From Patescibacteria group bacterium (GTDB lineage Bacteria; Patescibacteriota; Minisyncoccia; UBA6257; GWB1-50-10): a stretch of 64,000 bases of DNA. Location: the NCBI GenBank assembly GCA_024239035.1, contig JANBVK010000001.1, positions 42,262 through 106,261 on the forward strand, written 5' to 3'. The notes below the pieces were generated by a model. That model was not told the origin of the DNA, did no database searches, and saw only the letters and a program-made list of their open reading frames with translations. The position numbers were made by a program, and so were the translations under genes. Shown in pieces: positions 31,592 through 40,678 of the stretch (the stretch's first letter is position 1; every line of letters starts with the position of its first letter).

Positions 31592-31804
31592 TCAAATCAA
31601 ACCCCGACTCACCGGGTCCCAAGGTTGACCGAATTTGTCACGGTCCGCAAAACCATCTTCATCACGGTAAACCTCACTCTCCCGGTCGAAAGTCAGTCTG
31701 CGAGCTCTAGCGGCTTCTAAGTTGTGAACATTGTCCGGAGGAAGACTGGGCTGAAACTCCGGTAGCTTCTTCTCTTTCTTTTTCTGCTGCCCTTTACTGT
31801 CCAT
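31592..31804 (-). CDS. hypothetical small basic protein (GC-rich patch)
   Basis: ORF only. Confidence 0.25.
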   Translation of the reverse strand: MDSKGQQKKKEKKLPEFQPSLPPDNVHNLEAARARRLTFDRESEVYRDEDGFADRDKFGQPWDPVSRGLI

Positions 31805-31828
31805 ACTACCCTCCTTGAAAAGCTTGAA

Positions 31829-32230
31829 TCAAGACCTTCTAAGCGACTTGATGATGCGTAGAATTACAAGACGTATCCTCGGTCTGACCTTCTCACCGTT
31901 GGTATGCCTATTCCCGCAATGTGGGCAAGGACCCGCATTGCCCAGAACTTTACCATCCCGCCTCCTGCCATTCCGACGAGCGATATCCTCACGAACCCGA
32001 CGCTCACAGTGGAAAATCCGTGAACTGTTAGGCAACTCCCAATACCAGCAACACGGTCCGCAATTCGTCACGAAATCAACTTCTTCTCCTGCCTGCCGAG
32101 CACGGACAACTTTTTCAGGAACGTACTGCGCCCCACGGTCTAGATCTTCAGTACTTCTTTCCGACCCTCTGACTAAAGAACCAAGCACATAAAAACCGAC
32201 TTTACTTGAACGCCTGTCGCCCGCTGCCAT
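31829..32230 (-). CDS. hypothetical Cys-rich protein (GC-rich patch); strand uncertain
   Basis: CGPCC...HCERR...CPHCGNRH cysteine/histidine pattern; an overlapping + strand ORF at 31815-32192 cannot be excluded. Confidence 0.3.
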   Translation of the reverse strand: MAAGDRRSSKVGFYVLGSLVRGSERSTEDLDRGAQYVPEKVVRARQAGEEVDFVTNCGPCCWYWELPNSSRIFHCERRVREDIARRNGRRRDGKVLGNAGPCPHCGNRHTNGEKVRPRIRLVILRIIKSLRRS

Positions 32231-32347
32231 AACGCCTCTTTCTTTTTTTAAGGTGCGATATTACCAACGCTCTCTCGCGAAACACTAGATCATCTGCCCG
32301 TCTGGTGCTAACTTACACATTATCAATTTAAGCCTATTAAGGTCAAG

Positions 32348-32860
32348 TCAAACCTCTCTCACCTCAAATTTATCAAAAGTATCGCCCTTGTCATTAAAAT
32401 GAAACTCGGCTTCAATTTTCTTACCCGCAAGAACAAGCGGCAACCAATGAATATCATCAGCCCACATTTCTTTATAAGGAATTTCCTGATGTTTATACCA
32501 CTGGGGTTTCATCTCCTCCGATTCCCTTGGTTCTCTCTCCCATTCCCTGATAAGGAAAACATGCATATGATTATCCCATCCCGGATTATCCTTAAAGTAG
32601 AACTTAATGCTACCGACGTTCTCTAAACACTCCAGATTCGCGGTTATTCCAATTTCCTCATTCATCTCCCGAATAGCAGCTTCTTCAACGGTTTCTTTTT
32701 TCCCAACTTTTCCTCCAACGCCATTCCACTTCCCCACCCCAAACCCCCGCTTCTTCATAGCGAGGAGTATCTCGTTCTCCCTAACCAATAAACACAAAGT
32801 TGTCGGTTTCATAAAATTTATTAAAACATTCTTACTTTTTTTATCCACGCCTTCATGCAA
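32348..32860 (-). CDS. NUDIX hydrolase (MutT-like)
   Basis: GKWNGVGGKVGKKETVEEAAIREMNEEIGI Nudix box. Confidence 0.75.
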   Translation of the reverse strand: MHEGVDKKSKNVLINFMKPTTLCLLVRENEILLAMKKRGFGVGKWNGVGGKVGKKETVEEAAIREMNEEIGITANLECLENVGSIKFYFKDNPGWDNHMHVFLIREWEREPRESEEMKPQWYKHQEIPYKEMWADDIHWLPLVLAGKKIEAEFHFNDKGDTFDKFEVREV

Positions 32861-33899
32861 ATCTCGCTAAGAAAAACAACACTAAACCGAGGGTGGTAGC
32901 AACGGCAGAAATTATCCAAAAGCGCATGGTAATCTGACTCTCAGGCCAGCCCAATGCTTCAAAGTGGTGATGAATCGGCGCCGAGAGAAAAACTTTCTTC
33001 CCCCTAAGCTTCTTGCTCGTAACCTGTATAATCACAGAAAGCGATTCTATTACCAAGATAAATCCGAAAAACGGAAGAAAAAGAGCGGTATTCGTAAGCA
33101 TTGCCATAACCCCAAGAGTAATCCCTAAAGACATTGAACCGGTGTCCCCTATAAAGAATCTCGCCGGGTAAATATTAAACCAAAGAAATGCTAAGAGCGC
33201 CCCCAAAATTGCCGCATTCATAACCGCCAAGTCAAACCTACCGAGAACAAATGAAACAACCGCCAAAGCAGCAAAAGCAAAAAAGAGCACCCCCTCCATC
33301 AACCCGTCTAAACCGTTCGTTTCATTGGCTGAAAAGGCCGTGGCAACAAGTATGAAAATAAAGAATGGAATGTACCAAAGGCCAATTGTGATGTTGCCAA
33401 TAAAAGGAACGTATAAAACGTCAAACCCTAATTTAAAATAAAACCACCACGCCCCGAGAACTGCTACCGCGGTGTAAAGAAGCAGCCTTTGTTTCATGTT
33501 CAGTCCCCCGCCGTGAGGCCCCTTTCCAAAAATTCCAAAAAAATCATCAACCAGACCAACAAGCGCCGCAAGAAATAATGCCGCAAGAGGCAAATACGTC
33601 TCGGCGCGATTCACAAAATCAAAGTAGTTCGCAAAGCCGTCAAATAAAGCGCGCAGAATAAAAAACACCAGCGCTATCCCCAAAACAGTAACCCATATAA
33701 TCACTCCCCCCATCGTGGGAGTATTCGATTTATTTTTATGAAACTGATAAAAGACGGGTGCGCTTTCTTTTCCCCGAATATTATTTTTTCTTAAATTAAA
33801 CTTTTCTAAAAAGTATACAAAAAAGGGCGTGATGATAAGAGCCACCACAAAGGACAAAGCAAACATTATTAAAACCCTAACTGCTTCAAATATTATCAT
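32853..33899 (-). CDS. mraY: phospho-N-acetylmuramoyl-pentapeptide transferase
   Basis: Polytopic membrane protein; VGLVDDF and ANETNGLDGL motifs; start trimmed to MIIFEAV to limit overlap with upstream gene. Confidence 0.9.
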   Translation of the reverse strand: MIIFEAVRVLIMFALSFVVALIITPFFVYFLEKFNLRKNNIRGKESAPVFYQFHKNKSNTPTMGGVIIWVTVLGIALVFFILRALFDGFANYFDFVNRAETYLPLAALFLAALVGLVDDFFGIFGKGPHGGGLNMKQRLLLYTAVAVLGAWWFYFKLGFDVLYVPFIGNITIGLWYIPFFIFILVATAFSANETNGLDGLMEGVLFFAFAALAVVSFVLGRFDLAVMNAAILGALLAFLWFNIYPARFFIGDTGSMSLGITLGVMAMLTNTALFLPFFGFILVIESLSVIIQVTSKKLRGKKVFLSAPIHHHFEALGWPESQITMRFWIISAVATTLGLVLFFLARFA

Positions 33900-34881
33900 A
33901 CGCCTCTTCAATCCAATTAAAGAGTGACTTAATTTCTTTATTCCGGTCTGGACTGCCGAGCAGTATCGCAATCAATCGTTTGTTGCCTAAAGATAAAATT
34001 GCCAAAAGATTCTCCCCTGCCACATCAGACGTTCCTGTCTTCCCTCCCAGAAAATTCTGTTCGTTTACCAAAGCGTTGATGTTTAAAATAGTGCGGCTTG
34101 TTACGTCATTTATCGGCTGAACAAGCTGGCTCGGCAAGCGGCTCCAGTTAAAAATGTCCGGCTCGTTTTCCAAAATGTATTTGGCAAGCCGCAAGAGATC
34201 ACTGGCGGTGGAAAAATTGATATCCGACAAACCCGAGGCATCATGGAGTATTGTCTGAGTCATACCCAACTTCCGGGCTTTTTGGTTCAGCAATCTCACA
34301 AACTCGTCCTTGCCCAGATAGTTCTCAAAAGCGGCGGCGGCGTCATTGCTTGAGGTTAAAAGCATTATCCTTAAAAGGTCCCTTGCTGTGTAAACCTCGC
34401 CGCTTCGGAGTTCTCCGGCTTTCCCTTCGGTAGCCACAACCTCTTCAGTAATTAGAATTTTTTTATTAGCACCGACGTCCTCCAAAACAACCAAAGCCGT
34501 CAAAAGCTTTGTTAAAGATGCCATCGGCCAGGTTTTATACGTGTTGAGGTGGAAAAAGGGGTAGTTATCATCAAGTGACTGAATAAGCACTGACTCCGCC
34601 CCCACTCGCGGATCCAAAACTTCCCAATCACGCGCCGGGGCTTTCTCTACTTCAAAGGAAGTTCTTAAAATAGAAGTTCTTTGAAAATCAAGCTCCGGTG
34701 AAGGTGTCAGAGAGTTAACCGCGCTATTTTCCTCCGAAGATACTAACGCCTCCGAGGGGCGCACGGACTCATCTCCAATCCTCGTAATTGTAACTGAAAC
34801 CAAAATTAAAATTACCAATAATAATGTCTGCCACTGAATATTCATGCTAATTTTTTCCGATATTCCATGATTTTTATTCAC
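33886..34881 (-). CDS. D-alanyl-D-alanine carboxypeptidase (class A low-molecular-weight PBP)
   Basis: SxxK (MASLTK), SxN (TSSNDAA), KTG (GKTGTS) motifs; N-terminal signal anchor. Confidence 0.8.
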   Translation of the reverse strand: MNKNHGISEKISMNIQWQTLLLVILILVSVTITRIGDESVRPSEALVSSEENSAVNSLTPSPELDFQRTSILRTSFEVEKAPARDWEVLDPRVGAESVLIQSLDDNYPFFHLNTYKTWPMASLTKLLTALVVLEDVGANKKILITEEVVATEGKAGELRSGEVYTARDLLRIMLLTSSNDAAAAFENYLGKDEFVRLLNQKARKLGMTQTILHDASGLSDINFSTASDLLRLAKYILENEPDIFNWSRLPSQLVQPINDVTSRTILNINALVNEQNFLGGKTGTSDVAGENLLAILSLGNKRLIAILLGSPDRNKEIKSLFNWIEEAYDNI

Positions 34882-35437
34882 TGCTACTCACCTCAAATCG
34901 TTGCAATATATCCTTATACTTTTCATACTCCGGTAACTCCTCCTGTTTACTCAAACCTATGTGCCCTAAGAAATTAAAGCTAACCCGATATTCATAAACG
35001 TTTTTCTTTTTAGGGTCCGTCTCCCGTTCAATAAGTCCTCGCATTAACAGGCCTCTTAAAATAAAGCTGGAATTCACGCCCCGTACATAATCAATCATTA
35101 ATCTGGGTATGGGCCCCAAATAAGCAATAATAGAAAGTGTCTCAAGCGATGCTGGTGAGAGCTCTTCTCTAAACTCCTCCCGAATTAAACTTTCATTAAT
35201 GTTTTTCAAGTCAGGCTTAGTTACTAGCTGAACCCGCGTTTCTTGCCGCAAAAGCATAAGTCCTCTAGCTGAATTCTGTTTCAGTTCTTGCTCCAAGCCG
35301 TCCAGCAATTTCCCGCATTCAACTTCTTTTATTTTAAGCAACTTAGCGATTTTTTTAACGGTTATCGGCTCTCCGTAATGAAAAAGCAGCGCCTCAAGCT
35401 CCGCTGATTTCTTCGGATTCAATCCACTTACATCCAT
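34874..35437 (-). CDS. scpB: segregation and condensation protein B
   Basis: LEALLFHYGEPITVKKIAKLL winged-helix N-terminus; adjacent to scpA. Confidence 0.85.
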   Translation of the reverse strand: MDVSGLNPKKSAELEALLFHYGEPITVKKIAKLLKIKEVECGKLLDGLEQELKQNSARGLMLLRQETRVQLVTKPDLKNINESLIREEFREELSPASLETLSIIAYLGPIPRLMIDYVRGVNSSFILRGLLMRGLIERETDPKKKNVYEYRVSFNFLGHIGLSKQEELPEYEKYKDILQRFEVSSSE

Positions 35438-35476
35438 CTTGTTTATCCTATCAGCCCTATTTAATCTTATCTAGTC

Positions 35477-36184
35477 CTACGCCGCCTTTCTCTTTGTAAT
35501 CTTGATTTCATCAAAATGCCCGCTCTGTTCTACGTGTACAAGCTGATCCTTAATAAGATGTAAAATTGCCAAGAAAAGCACCACCAGCTCACTCCTCGAA
35601 CGACGCCCGTGCAACTCTCTAAACCCCGTGGGATTCTCAGTCAATCTTTTCAACACTTCCTCAATCTTAGTTTCTAAATTAACAACTTCGGTTTTAATGG
35701 TTAGAACCGGCTTAAACACTTTTTCTAACTCACCAACCACCTTAAACAGCGCCCGAGCAAGCTCTTTTTTAGTCACGCCCGGCGGCGGATAAAACGACGG
35801 ACCCACACCCATCAAAAATTCCCGACCCGCCATCTGAGGTAAATTATTCCATTCTCCTTTAATAAGTTTCTGGGCATGCTTGAGCTCAGCATAAAGTTTA
35901 AGCCGCTCCTCAAGACCCCTTATATCTGATTCTTCCTCCTCATCTAACGGTAAGGATGGCAGAAGCACTTTTGACTTTATGAGCACCAACCTTGAAGCCA
36001 CAACCAAAAAATCACTGATCAACGAACGATTCGGCTGATTTTCCTCTAATTTCTTTAGATAGTTTAAAAAATCAGCCGTAACTTCGGCTAAACTAATCTG
36101 GGTAATTTCAAGCTTTTTCCCCTCTACTAATTCTAAAAGCTTATCTAACGGCCCCTTATAATATTCCAAAGACAGCTCATACAT
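35477..36184 (-). CDS. scpA: segregation and condensation protein A
   Basis: YKGPLDKLLELVEGKKLEITQISLAEVTADFLNYL kleisin N-terminus. Confidence 0.85.
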   Translation of the reverse strand: MYELSLEYYKGPLDKLLELVEGKKLEITQISLAEVTADFLNYLKKLEENQPNRSLISDFLVVASRLVLIKSKVLLPSLPLDEEEESDIRGLEERLKLYAELKHAQKLIKGEWNNLPQMAGREFLMGVGPSFYPPPGVTKKELARALFKVVGELEKVFKPVLTIKTEVVNLETKIEEVLKRLTENPTGFRELHGRRSRSELVVLFLAILHLIKDQLVHVEQSGHFDEIKITKRKAA

Positions 36185-36206
36185 ACCTCTGTGTTATAAT
36201 GTTAAC

Positions 36207-36593
36207 ATGTTCAAAATCAAAAATCTTAAATTAATAAATCCTGCGCTAGCCCTCCGAATCGGTTTGGGTTTAACTCTAATCTACGCCGGTGTTAACATGT
36301 TCCTAAACCCGTTCAACTGGATTGGTTTCATCCCCCGCTGGATAGGCAATATTATTGATCCCCAAACGTTCCTCTATATTCACTCAACCTTCGAACTTGT
36401 CTTGGGATTAATACTTATTATAGGCCTGTGGCTGCCTCTCGCGGCGCTTCTAATGTTCCTTAATATGTTTGCAATCCTTCTGTTCTTCGGCGTAGACGAC
36501 ATCACTTTCCGCGACTTTGGATTACTTATGGCCGCCCTCGCTCTTTTCCTCCTCGCAGTTGAACGAAAGAGCGGATCTAGCCGTGACGGATGA
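36207..36593 (+). CDS. DoxX-like small membrane protein
   Basis: 4 TM; LIYAGVNMFLNP pattern resembles DoxX family. Confidence 0.4.
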   Translation: MFKIKNLKLINPALALRIGLGLTLIYAGVNMFLNPFNWIGFIPRWIGNIIDPQTFLYIHSTFELVLGLILIIGLWLPLAALLMFLNMFAILLFFGVDDITFRDFGLLMAALALFLLAVERKSGSSRDG

Positions 36594-37578
36594 CCATCAC
36601 GTCCCCGTCCTGAATCACATACTCTTTCCCCTCCAACCTTAACCAGCCCTTTTGTTTTGCCGCACTCCAACCACTGCTCTCCAAAAGTTTATCCCATTGA
36701 ATTACCTCGGCTCTGATAAATTTTTCTTCAAAGTCCGTATGGATTACACCGGCCGCCTCAGGAGCCTTGGCGCCGGAATGAATTGTCCAAGCCCGAGATT
36801 CATCTTCCCCTGTAGTAAAGAAACTGATTAAATCCAAAACTTCATATGCTTTTTGAATTAATTTTGATAAATCAATATCAGAAAGAGACAGATTATAAAT
36901 AACATAGTCAGCGTCTAGTTTCTTTATCATGACTTTAAGTTCGTCGGATACATCGCTCTCAGTCCCGTTCAAAAGAAAAAGCTGCTGCTTAGCCGTTAAA
37001 AGATTTAATTGCTTGTGATACTTAGTATCGGTTGTAATCTGCCGGACTAATTCTCCTCTTTCAAGTCCGCTCTTAATAATTTCAAGTTCCTTGCATTCCG
37101 CAATCGCATCCTTTTCCCCGGAACGGGCTTCTTTCGCGGCACTGCTTAGTCTTTTTTCAACTGTATCAAGGTCTTTAAAAATAAGTTCTGTGTTAACGAT
37201 TTCCAAATCTCGAATTGGATGAACGGTATTTTCAACGTGAGTAATATCGCTACTTTCAAAACAACGCAGCACCGTGCAAATCGCATCAACTTCGCGAATA
37301 TGCGTAAGAAATTGATTCCCTAATCCCTCACCCTTTGAAGCGCCGCGAACCAGCCCCGCAATATCATGGAACTCGACAACAGCCGGAATGACTTTTTTTG
37401 AATCGCTAAGTTCACCAAGTTTAATAAGGCGTTCATCAGGAACGCTCACAACGCCGACATTCGGGTCAATAGTCGCAAACGGGTAATTCGCAATGTTCAC
37501 CTCCTGCTTAGTAAGCGCCTTAAAAAGCGTTGACTTGCCAACGTTCGGCAAGCCGACAATTCCTATACTTAATTTCAT
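36577..37578 (-). CDS. ychF: ribosome-binding ATPase YchF (Obg-like)
   Basis: MKLSIGIVGLPNVGKSTLFKALT G1 motif; C-terminal TGS domain. Confidence 0.9.
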   Translation of the reverse strand: MKLSIGIVGLPNVGKSTLFKALTKQEVNIANYPFATIDPNVGVVSVPDERLIKLGELSDSKKVIPAVVEFHDIAGLVRGASKGEGLGNQFLTHIREVDAICTVLRCFESSDITHVENTVHPIRDLEIVNTELIFKDLDTVEKRLSSAAKEARSGEKDAIAECKELEIIKSGLERGELVRQITTDTKYHKQLNLLTAKQQLFLLNGTESDVSDELKVMIKKLDADYVIYNLSLSDIDLSKLIQKAYEVLDLISFFTTGEDESRAWTIHSGAKAPEAAGVIHTDFEEKFIRAEVIQWDKLLESSGWSAAKQKGWLRLEGKEYVIQDGDVMVIRHG

Positions 37579-37639
37579 AAGTATAGATTCTACACCTTAT
37601 ATGGTTTAAATTCCAAACTGATGTATAATTTAAAATATA

Positions 37640-37981
37640 ATGGCTCAGAAAATTACTACGGAAGAATTAAAAAAGAAAATAGACGGCAAAGAAAATTTAT
37701 ATCTCATTGACACCCTTTCTGCTAATAGTTTTGAAGGCCGTCATATACCGGCCGCAAAAAGCGTCCCTTTCGGAGCAGATTTTATGGAGAAATTTGAAAA
37801 AGAAGTAGAAGCGCCTAAAGATGCGGAGATTATTACCTACTGCGCTTCAAGTAGTTGTCAAGCAAGTGTCTTAGCGGCTAATGCTCTTGAAAAAGCCGGA
37901 TACACCAACGTAAAGCATTTCGAAGATGGTATTGCCGGCTGGCAAAATGCCGGATATCAGTTCGAAGGCGAGGCGGCTTAA
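37640..37981 (+). CDS. rhodanese-domain protein (sulfurtransferase)
   Basis: Active-site loop ITYCASSSCQAS with catalytic Cys. Confidence 0.8.
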   Translation: MAQKITTEELKKKIDGKENLYLIDTLSANSFEGRHIPAAKSVPFGADFMEKFEKEVEAPKDAEIITYCASSSCQASVLAANALEKAGYTNVKHFEDGIAGWQNAGYQFEGEAA

Positions 37982-37988
37982 AACTTCA

Positions 37989-38528
37989 TTATTTCTCAAC
38001 GTAAAACCTATACAATTTCTTCGACCACACCGGCCCGGCGTAGTGAACGCCGATGCGAGGTGAGCGTTTAATTTTTTTCCGCCCGCTGACTGATTCCACC
38101 CCCCTATCCTCCATCCATAAACCGCTCTGCCGACTGGCGAATTTACTATTAAAACGCTTGTCAATTTTAAAAAATTTAGTGAGGCGAGCCGGACCGTTAA
38201 TCCGGCCGTGGACGGACTCCACTCCCCGAATAAGCACCGCCGCCGGATACCCTTTTTCTCCCGTCACAATGTTCAGCATCCAGTGCATCCCGTATGTAAA
38301 ATACACATACCAGTGTCCTGCGGGCCCAAACATGACCTTATTTCTTGGCGTAAGCCCCCGCGAGGCATGACACGCCTTATCGCGCGGCCCATCATACGCC
38401 TCAACTTCTGTAATCATCGTTCGGATAATCTTCCCGCGACCTTGTCGCACAAGATATTTCCCAAGCAGCCCACGCGCAACCGCAACCACCGGCCGCTCAA
38501 AGAATTTTGCAGTTAGAATTTCAGACAC
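37989..38528 (-). CDS. mpg: DNA-3-methyladenine glycosylase (MPG/AAG family)
   Basis: FFERPVVAVARGLLGKYLVR...EVEAYDGPRDKACHASRGLTPRNKVMFGPAGHWYVYFTYGMHWMLNIV. Confidence 0.8.
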   Translation of the reverse strand: MSEILTAKFFERPVVAVARGLLGKYLVRQGRGKIIRTMITEVEAYDGPRDKACHASRGLTPRNKVMFGPAGHWYVYFTYGMHWMLNIVTGEKGYPAAVLIRGVESVHGRINGPARLTKFFKIDKRFNSKFASRQSGLWMEDRGVESVSGRKKIKRSPRIGVHYAGPVWSKKLYRFYVEK

Positions 38529-38531
38529 TTT

Positions 38532-38873
38532 TTATAGAAGTTTTCTCACCTCTTCAATTACTTCTTGCGGAATCGGGTCCCGTTCCGGACTTTTCCCCGG
38601 ATAACGCCACGCGGTAATAATCTTCAATTTCTTAGCCCCCTGCTCTTTCCCGCTTACGCTTTGCACCTTATACATCACCCAAACTTCCTGATAACGCTTA
38701 GTGCCTGCCGATTGCATCACCGCCACCGTATCCAGCGCAATTCCCTCTTCCGTACGTTGCGGGTACCGAATAATCCTTTTTATACGACTCTCGGAGATAC
38801 CGTACTGCCGCATTTTCACAAAAGAGTGCGCCGTCCAGGAATATCTCGCATCTTCTTTGGGTTGTTTGAACAT
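38532..38873 (-). CDS. DUF4258-like putative toxin-family protein (orphan)
   Basis: HSFVKMRQYGISESRIKRII ... IITAWRYPGKSP matches the DUF4258 pattern from memory; no adjacent antitoxin-sized ORF seen. Confidence 0.4.
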   Translation of the reverse strand: MFKQPKEDARYSWTAHSFVKMRQYGISESRIKRIIRYPQRTEEGIALDTVAVMQSAGTKRYQEVWVMYKVQSVSGKEQGAKKLKIITAWRYPGKSPERDPIPQEVIEEVRKLL

Positions 38874-38879
38874 GCCTGT

Positions 38880-39335
38880 TCACTTCCTTTGATAGAGCCC
38901 CGTAAAAACTGTCTTGTCTAAAACGTGTCCTTCCATTGCTTTTAAAACTTCAGTTTTTGGGGATCCTTCGGGGATATCAAGCATTACGTCCAACGCGAAC
39001 ACTCTAAACATATACCGATGTGCCTTATCCCCTTTCGGCGGACAAGGACCACCATAACCCTCGCGACTAAAACTCGTTTTCCCTTGAAGAGCACTCCCCG
39101 GCACACTGTCCTCCGGAATATAGTGCGTCTTGGGATCTATGTTCCATAAAATCCAGTGATCCCAAGTGCCGGCCGGCGCATCGGGGTCATCCATAATTAA
39201 GACAGTGCTCTTTGCTCCCTCGGGAACATTTAAAATTTCAATCAAGGGATTCACGTCCTCACCGTCACAAGTGTACTTAGCGGGAATAAGCCCATTATTC
39301 TTAAAAGCCGAACTTTTTAGTAAAAGATTTCCCAT
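38880..39335 (-). CDS. YbhB/YbcL (PEBP/Raf-kinase-inhibitor-like) family protein
   Basis: FKNNGLIPAKYTCDGEDVNPLI...DPDAPAGTWDHW...GPCPPKGDKAHRYMFRVFALD. Confidence 0.8.
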   Translation of the reverse strand: MGNLLLKSSAFKNNGLIPAKYTCDGEDVNPLIEILNVPEGAKSTVLIMDDPDAPAGTWDHWILWNIDPKTHYIPEDSVPGSALQGKTSFSREGYGGPCPPKGDKAHRYMFRVFALDVMLDIPEGSPKTEVLKAMEGHVLDKTVFTGLYQRK

Positions 39336-39369
39336 AAATTTCTTTACTTATTAATCTAACAGAAAGACA

Positions 39370-40656
39370 TCACTCCAGAAAGAGCGCCCGTCGATCGTAG
39401 ATATTACTCGGATTCCAAAGCATAAACCCGTCAATAAACTCCAGCGTGCTCGTGGGAACATCATAAACGGCGTCAATTTGTAAACGGACCATCTCGGGAG
39501 TATACTCCGCCCCCAAATCGAATGCCTGCAGCCAAGGACGCAACTTAGATTTTACTTGAGGACTTGCCGGCAGGGTTTCTGGTGTGGATGTTGCCGTTGA
39601 GGTGCTGTTACCGATTCCAAGCGTATAATCCCTAAGCCGAGCCGCCGCCCTGCTTATTGAATAGTTCACCACTTCATATGGATGAACGGCAGGATTCTGA
39701 AAATCCAAAAAACCGCTTATGTAGTGCGAGGGATACACCATCGGAGAAACGTAGTCAAAACTCTCATAAGCGTCTTCAATAATTTGCCCTATTCCTAAAT
39801 CGCCAAAATCCACCGTACTCTGCCCGAAAAGATCCGCAGAAATTTTTGCATCACCCAATTCCTTGCGGAGATACCTGTAAAAATCTCTCATCACTTCATT
39901 TCTCGGAGTCACGCCGTCCCAAAACGGATACGCAATCGCACTAAGATCACCGTCTGAAGGAAACCGAATGTAATCAAAATTAATCTCATCAAAACCGTGG
40001 CTTAGAACGTCACGCACAATTTTAATGTTATAATCCCATACTTCCTTGCTTGCCGGGTCCATCCATCCCAACCCTTTCCGGTCTGTCCAGATACCGCCTG
40101 TCTCCTTGTTCTGAACCGCCAAGTCTGGTCGCGCCAGCGAAAGCCTCGGATCCTGGAAAATCGTAACTCGTGCAATGGCATATATATTTTTCTCGTGCAA
40201 TCTTCTTACTAAATCATCAATGTTTGCAATCCGAATTTCCTTCGCATTGTATTCCTCTACCTCCGGCACTGCAGTATCATACCCCACATACCCTGAGTAA
40301 TCCTTAACGTCAACAACAATGGCGTTTAACTCGGTGGCTCCAATAAGATCAACGAGATAATCAACTCTACTGCGGGTCCCCGCCGACCAATTTGTGGCGT
40401 AGACAGCTTTAATGGTTGAAGGAGGATTTGCAAGGGGTTTAGGCGGCGGGGGTGGAGGTGGAGGCGGCTCTCGTGAAAGCTCCGGACGAGAAGACGTCGC
40501 GGTAAGAGCTAACTCCCCGCCATTATCCCCCGCCTCAGACACAACAACCTCAGTAGTGTTCTCATAGAGAAATAAAAAAATACCGCCCGCAACGAGAAGC
40601 AATATTAACGTAATATAGGTTATAATCCGCACCATACTTTCTATTCTTTTTAACAA
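39370..40656 (-). CDS. putative glycoside hydrolase-like TIM-barrel protein (GHL/YngK-like), membrane-anchored, with poly-Pro linker
   Basis: N-terminal TM; PPPPPPPPPKP linker; GFDEINFDYIRFPSDGD region typical of glycoside-hydrolase-like family proteins. Confidence 0.5.
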   Translation of the reverse strand: MLKRIESMVRIITYITLILLLVAGGIFLFLYENTTEVVVSEAGDNGGELALTATSSRPELSREPPPPPPPPPKPLANPPSTIKAVYATNWSAGTRSRVDYLVDLIGATELNAIVVDVKDYSGYVGYDTAVPEVEEYNAKEIRIANIDDLVRRLHEKNIYAIARVTIFQDPRLSLARPDLAVQNKETGGIWTDRKGLGWMDPASKEVWDYNIKIVRDVLSHGFDEINFDYIRFPSDGDLSAIAYPFWDGVTPRNEVMRDFYRYLRKELGDAKISADLFGQSTVDFGDLGIGQIIEDAYESFDYVSPMVYPSHYISGFLDFQNPAVHPYEVVNYSISRAAARLRDYTLGIGNSTSTATSTPETLPASPQVKSKLRPWLQAFDLGAEYTPEMVRLQIDAVYDVPTSTLEFIDGFMLWNPSNIYDRRALFLE

Positions 40657-40678
40657 TCCCTATAATAAGTTTACCATT

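Noticed and set aside
31815-32192. Plus-strand 125-aa ORF overlapping minus-strand 133-aa ORF in the GC-rich patch
   Set aside because: High GC inflates ORF length on both strands. The minus strand is reported tentatively because of the Cys/His pattern, but neither is well supported.
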